The notes under the pieces were generated by a model. It was not told where the DNA came from, did no database searches, and worked only from the letters and a program-made list of their open reading frames with translations. From Callorhinchus milii (lineage: Eukaryota): a DNA stretch of 64,000 bases. The stretch covers positions 112,098,001 through 112,162,000 of the forward strand of contig NW_024704743.1 in assembly GCF_018977255.1 (NCBI RefSeq), read 5' to 3'. A program made the translations under genes and the position numbers. How positions within the stretch are numbered: position 1 is the stretch's first letter; every line of letters starts with the position of its first letter. This document shows positions 63,526-64,000 of the stretch, piece after piece.

Positions 63526-64000
63526 ATGTGGTCAGGCAGGTATTCTTGAAGGATGGTAGATGCTGTGCGGAAATGGGGGCTGAACTTGCGTAACATCCAG
63601 TGTCGTTGGTTCTCACTGATGACTCACCATGAGTGAGTGATGTACTGGTGTACTCTCAGTGGACTGGTCCCAGCACTGGGTCTCTAAGGGTGGACTTCAT
63701 GCTTGCAGTTGTGACTGTACAGAGGTGGGGCGAATAGCAGCAGTCGAGAATGTGTTGCGTCATCCATCAATCATTGTTCCCTGTGGGACGTCCCCTCACC
63801 TCATCTCCACACTTGGGGGCTCACAATGTGTGCAAAGAATGGAAAAAATCAAGGATACAAATTTACAACAGCAAAGCTCTTCGCTCACCATGGTATTACT
63901 GTCAGGATCATACTCTTTCACAATATTCTCCTTTGCATTTCATTTTGCAAATAGAAACTGACAAAAGTGACAGCTTTGCATGTTATTTGTGTCTGCTTCT

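Noticed and set aside
63617..63650. CTGATGA followed by a small stem (possible hammerhead)
   Set aside because: No GAAA box after stem II.
1..64000. CRISPR array, operons or prokaryotic defence systems
   Set aside because: The sequence is vertebrate, repeat-rich non-coding DNA; recurring motifs are dispersed SINE/LINE parts, not regularly spaced repeats.

Overview
Vertebrate non-coding DNA (a large intron or gene desert), most likely from a cartilaginous fish of the chimaera/elephant-shark type. That assignment is inferred from the repeat complement: a young tRNA-Val-like SINE with a (TAT)n tail, Deu-domain SINEs, L2 and CR1 LINE 3' ends, and Penelope-type palindromes. I found no convincing host protein-coding exon, rRNA, true tRNA gene or CRISPR array. 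The only recognisable protein-like ORFs are transposon remnants (L2/CR1 reverse transcriptase, a Harbinger-like DDE fragment). Between the repeats lie kb-scale repeat-free islands with homeodomain/Pbx-Hox/Meis/TCF motifs that look like conserved developmental enhancers. The most unusual structures are: (1) a nested multi-arm inverted-repeat patchwork at 23.9-24.9 kb containing an inverted copy of nearby unique DNA; (2) a head-to-tail tandem pair of non-autonomous Helitron-like elements with an exact CTAG/TC junction (38.2-39.7 kb); (3) Penelope-derived hammerhead ribozyme motifs (15.7 and 28.5 kb); (4) a Tigger-like MITE carrying clustered Pbx-Meis decamers; (5) several old palindromic mini-elements. 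Repeat family names come from recalled consensus motifs, not database searches, and most boundaries are approximate (about +/-20 bp).
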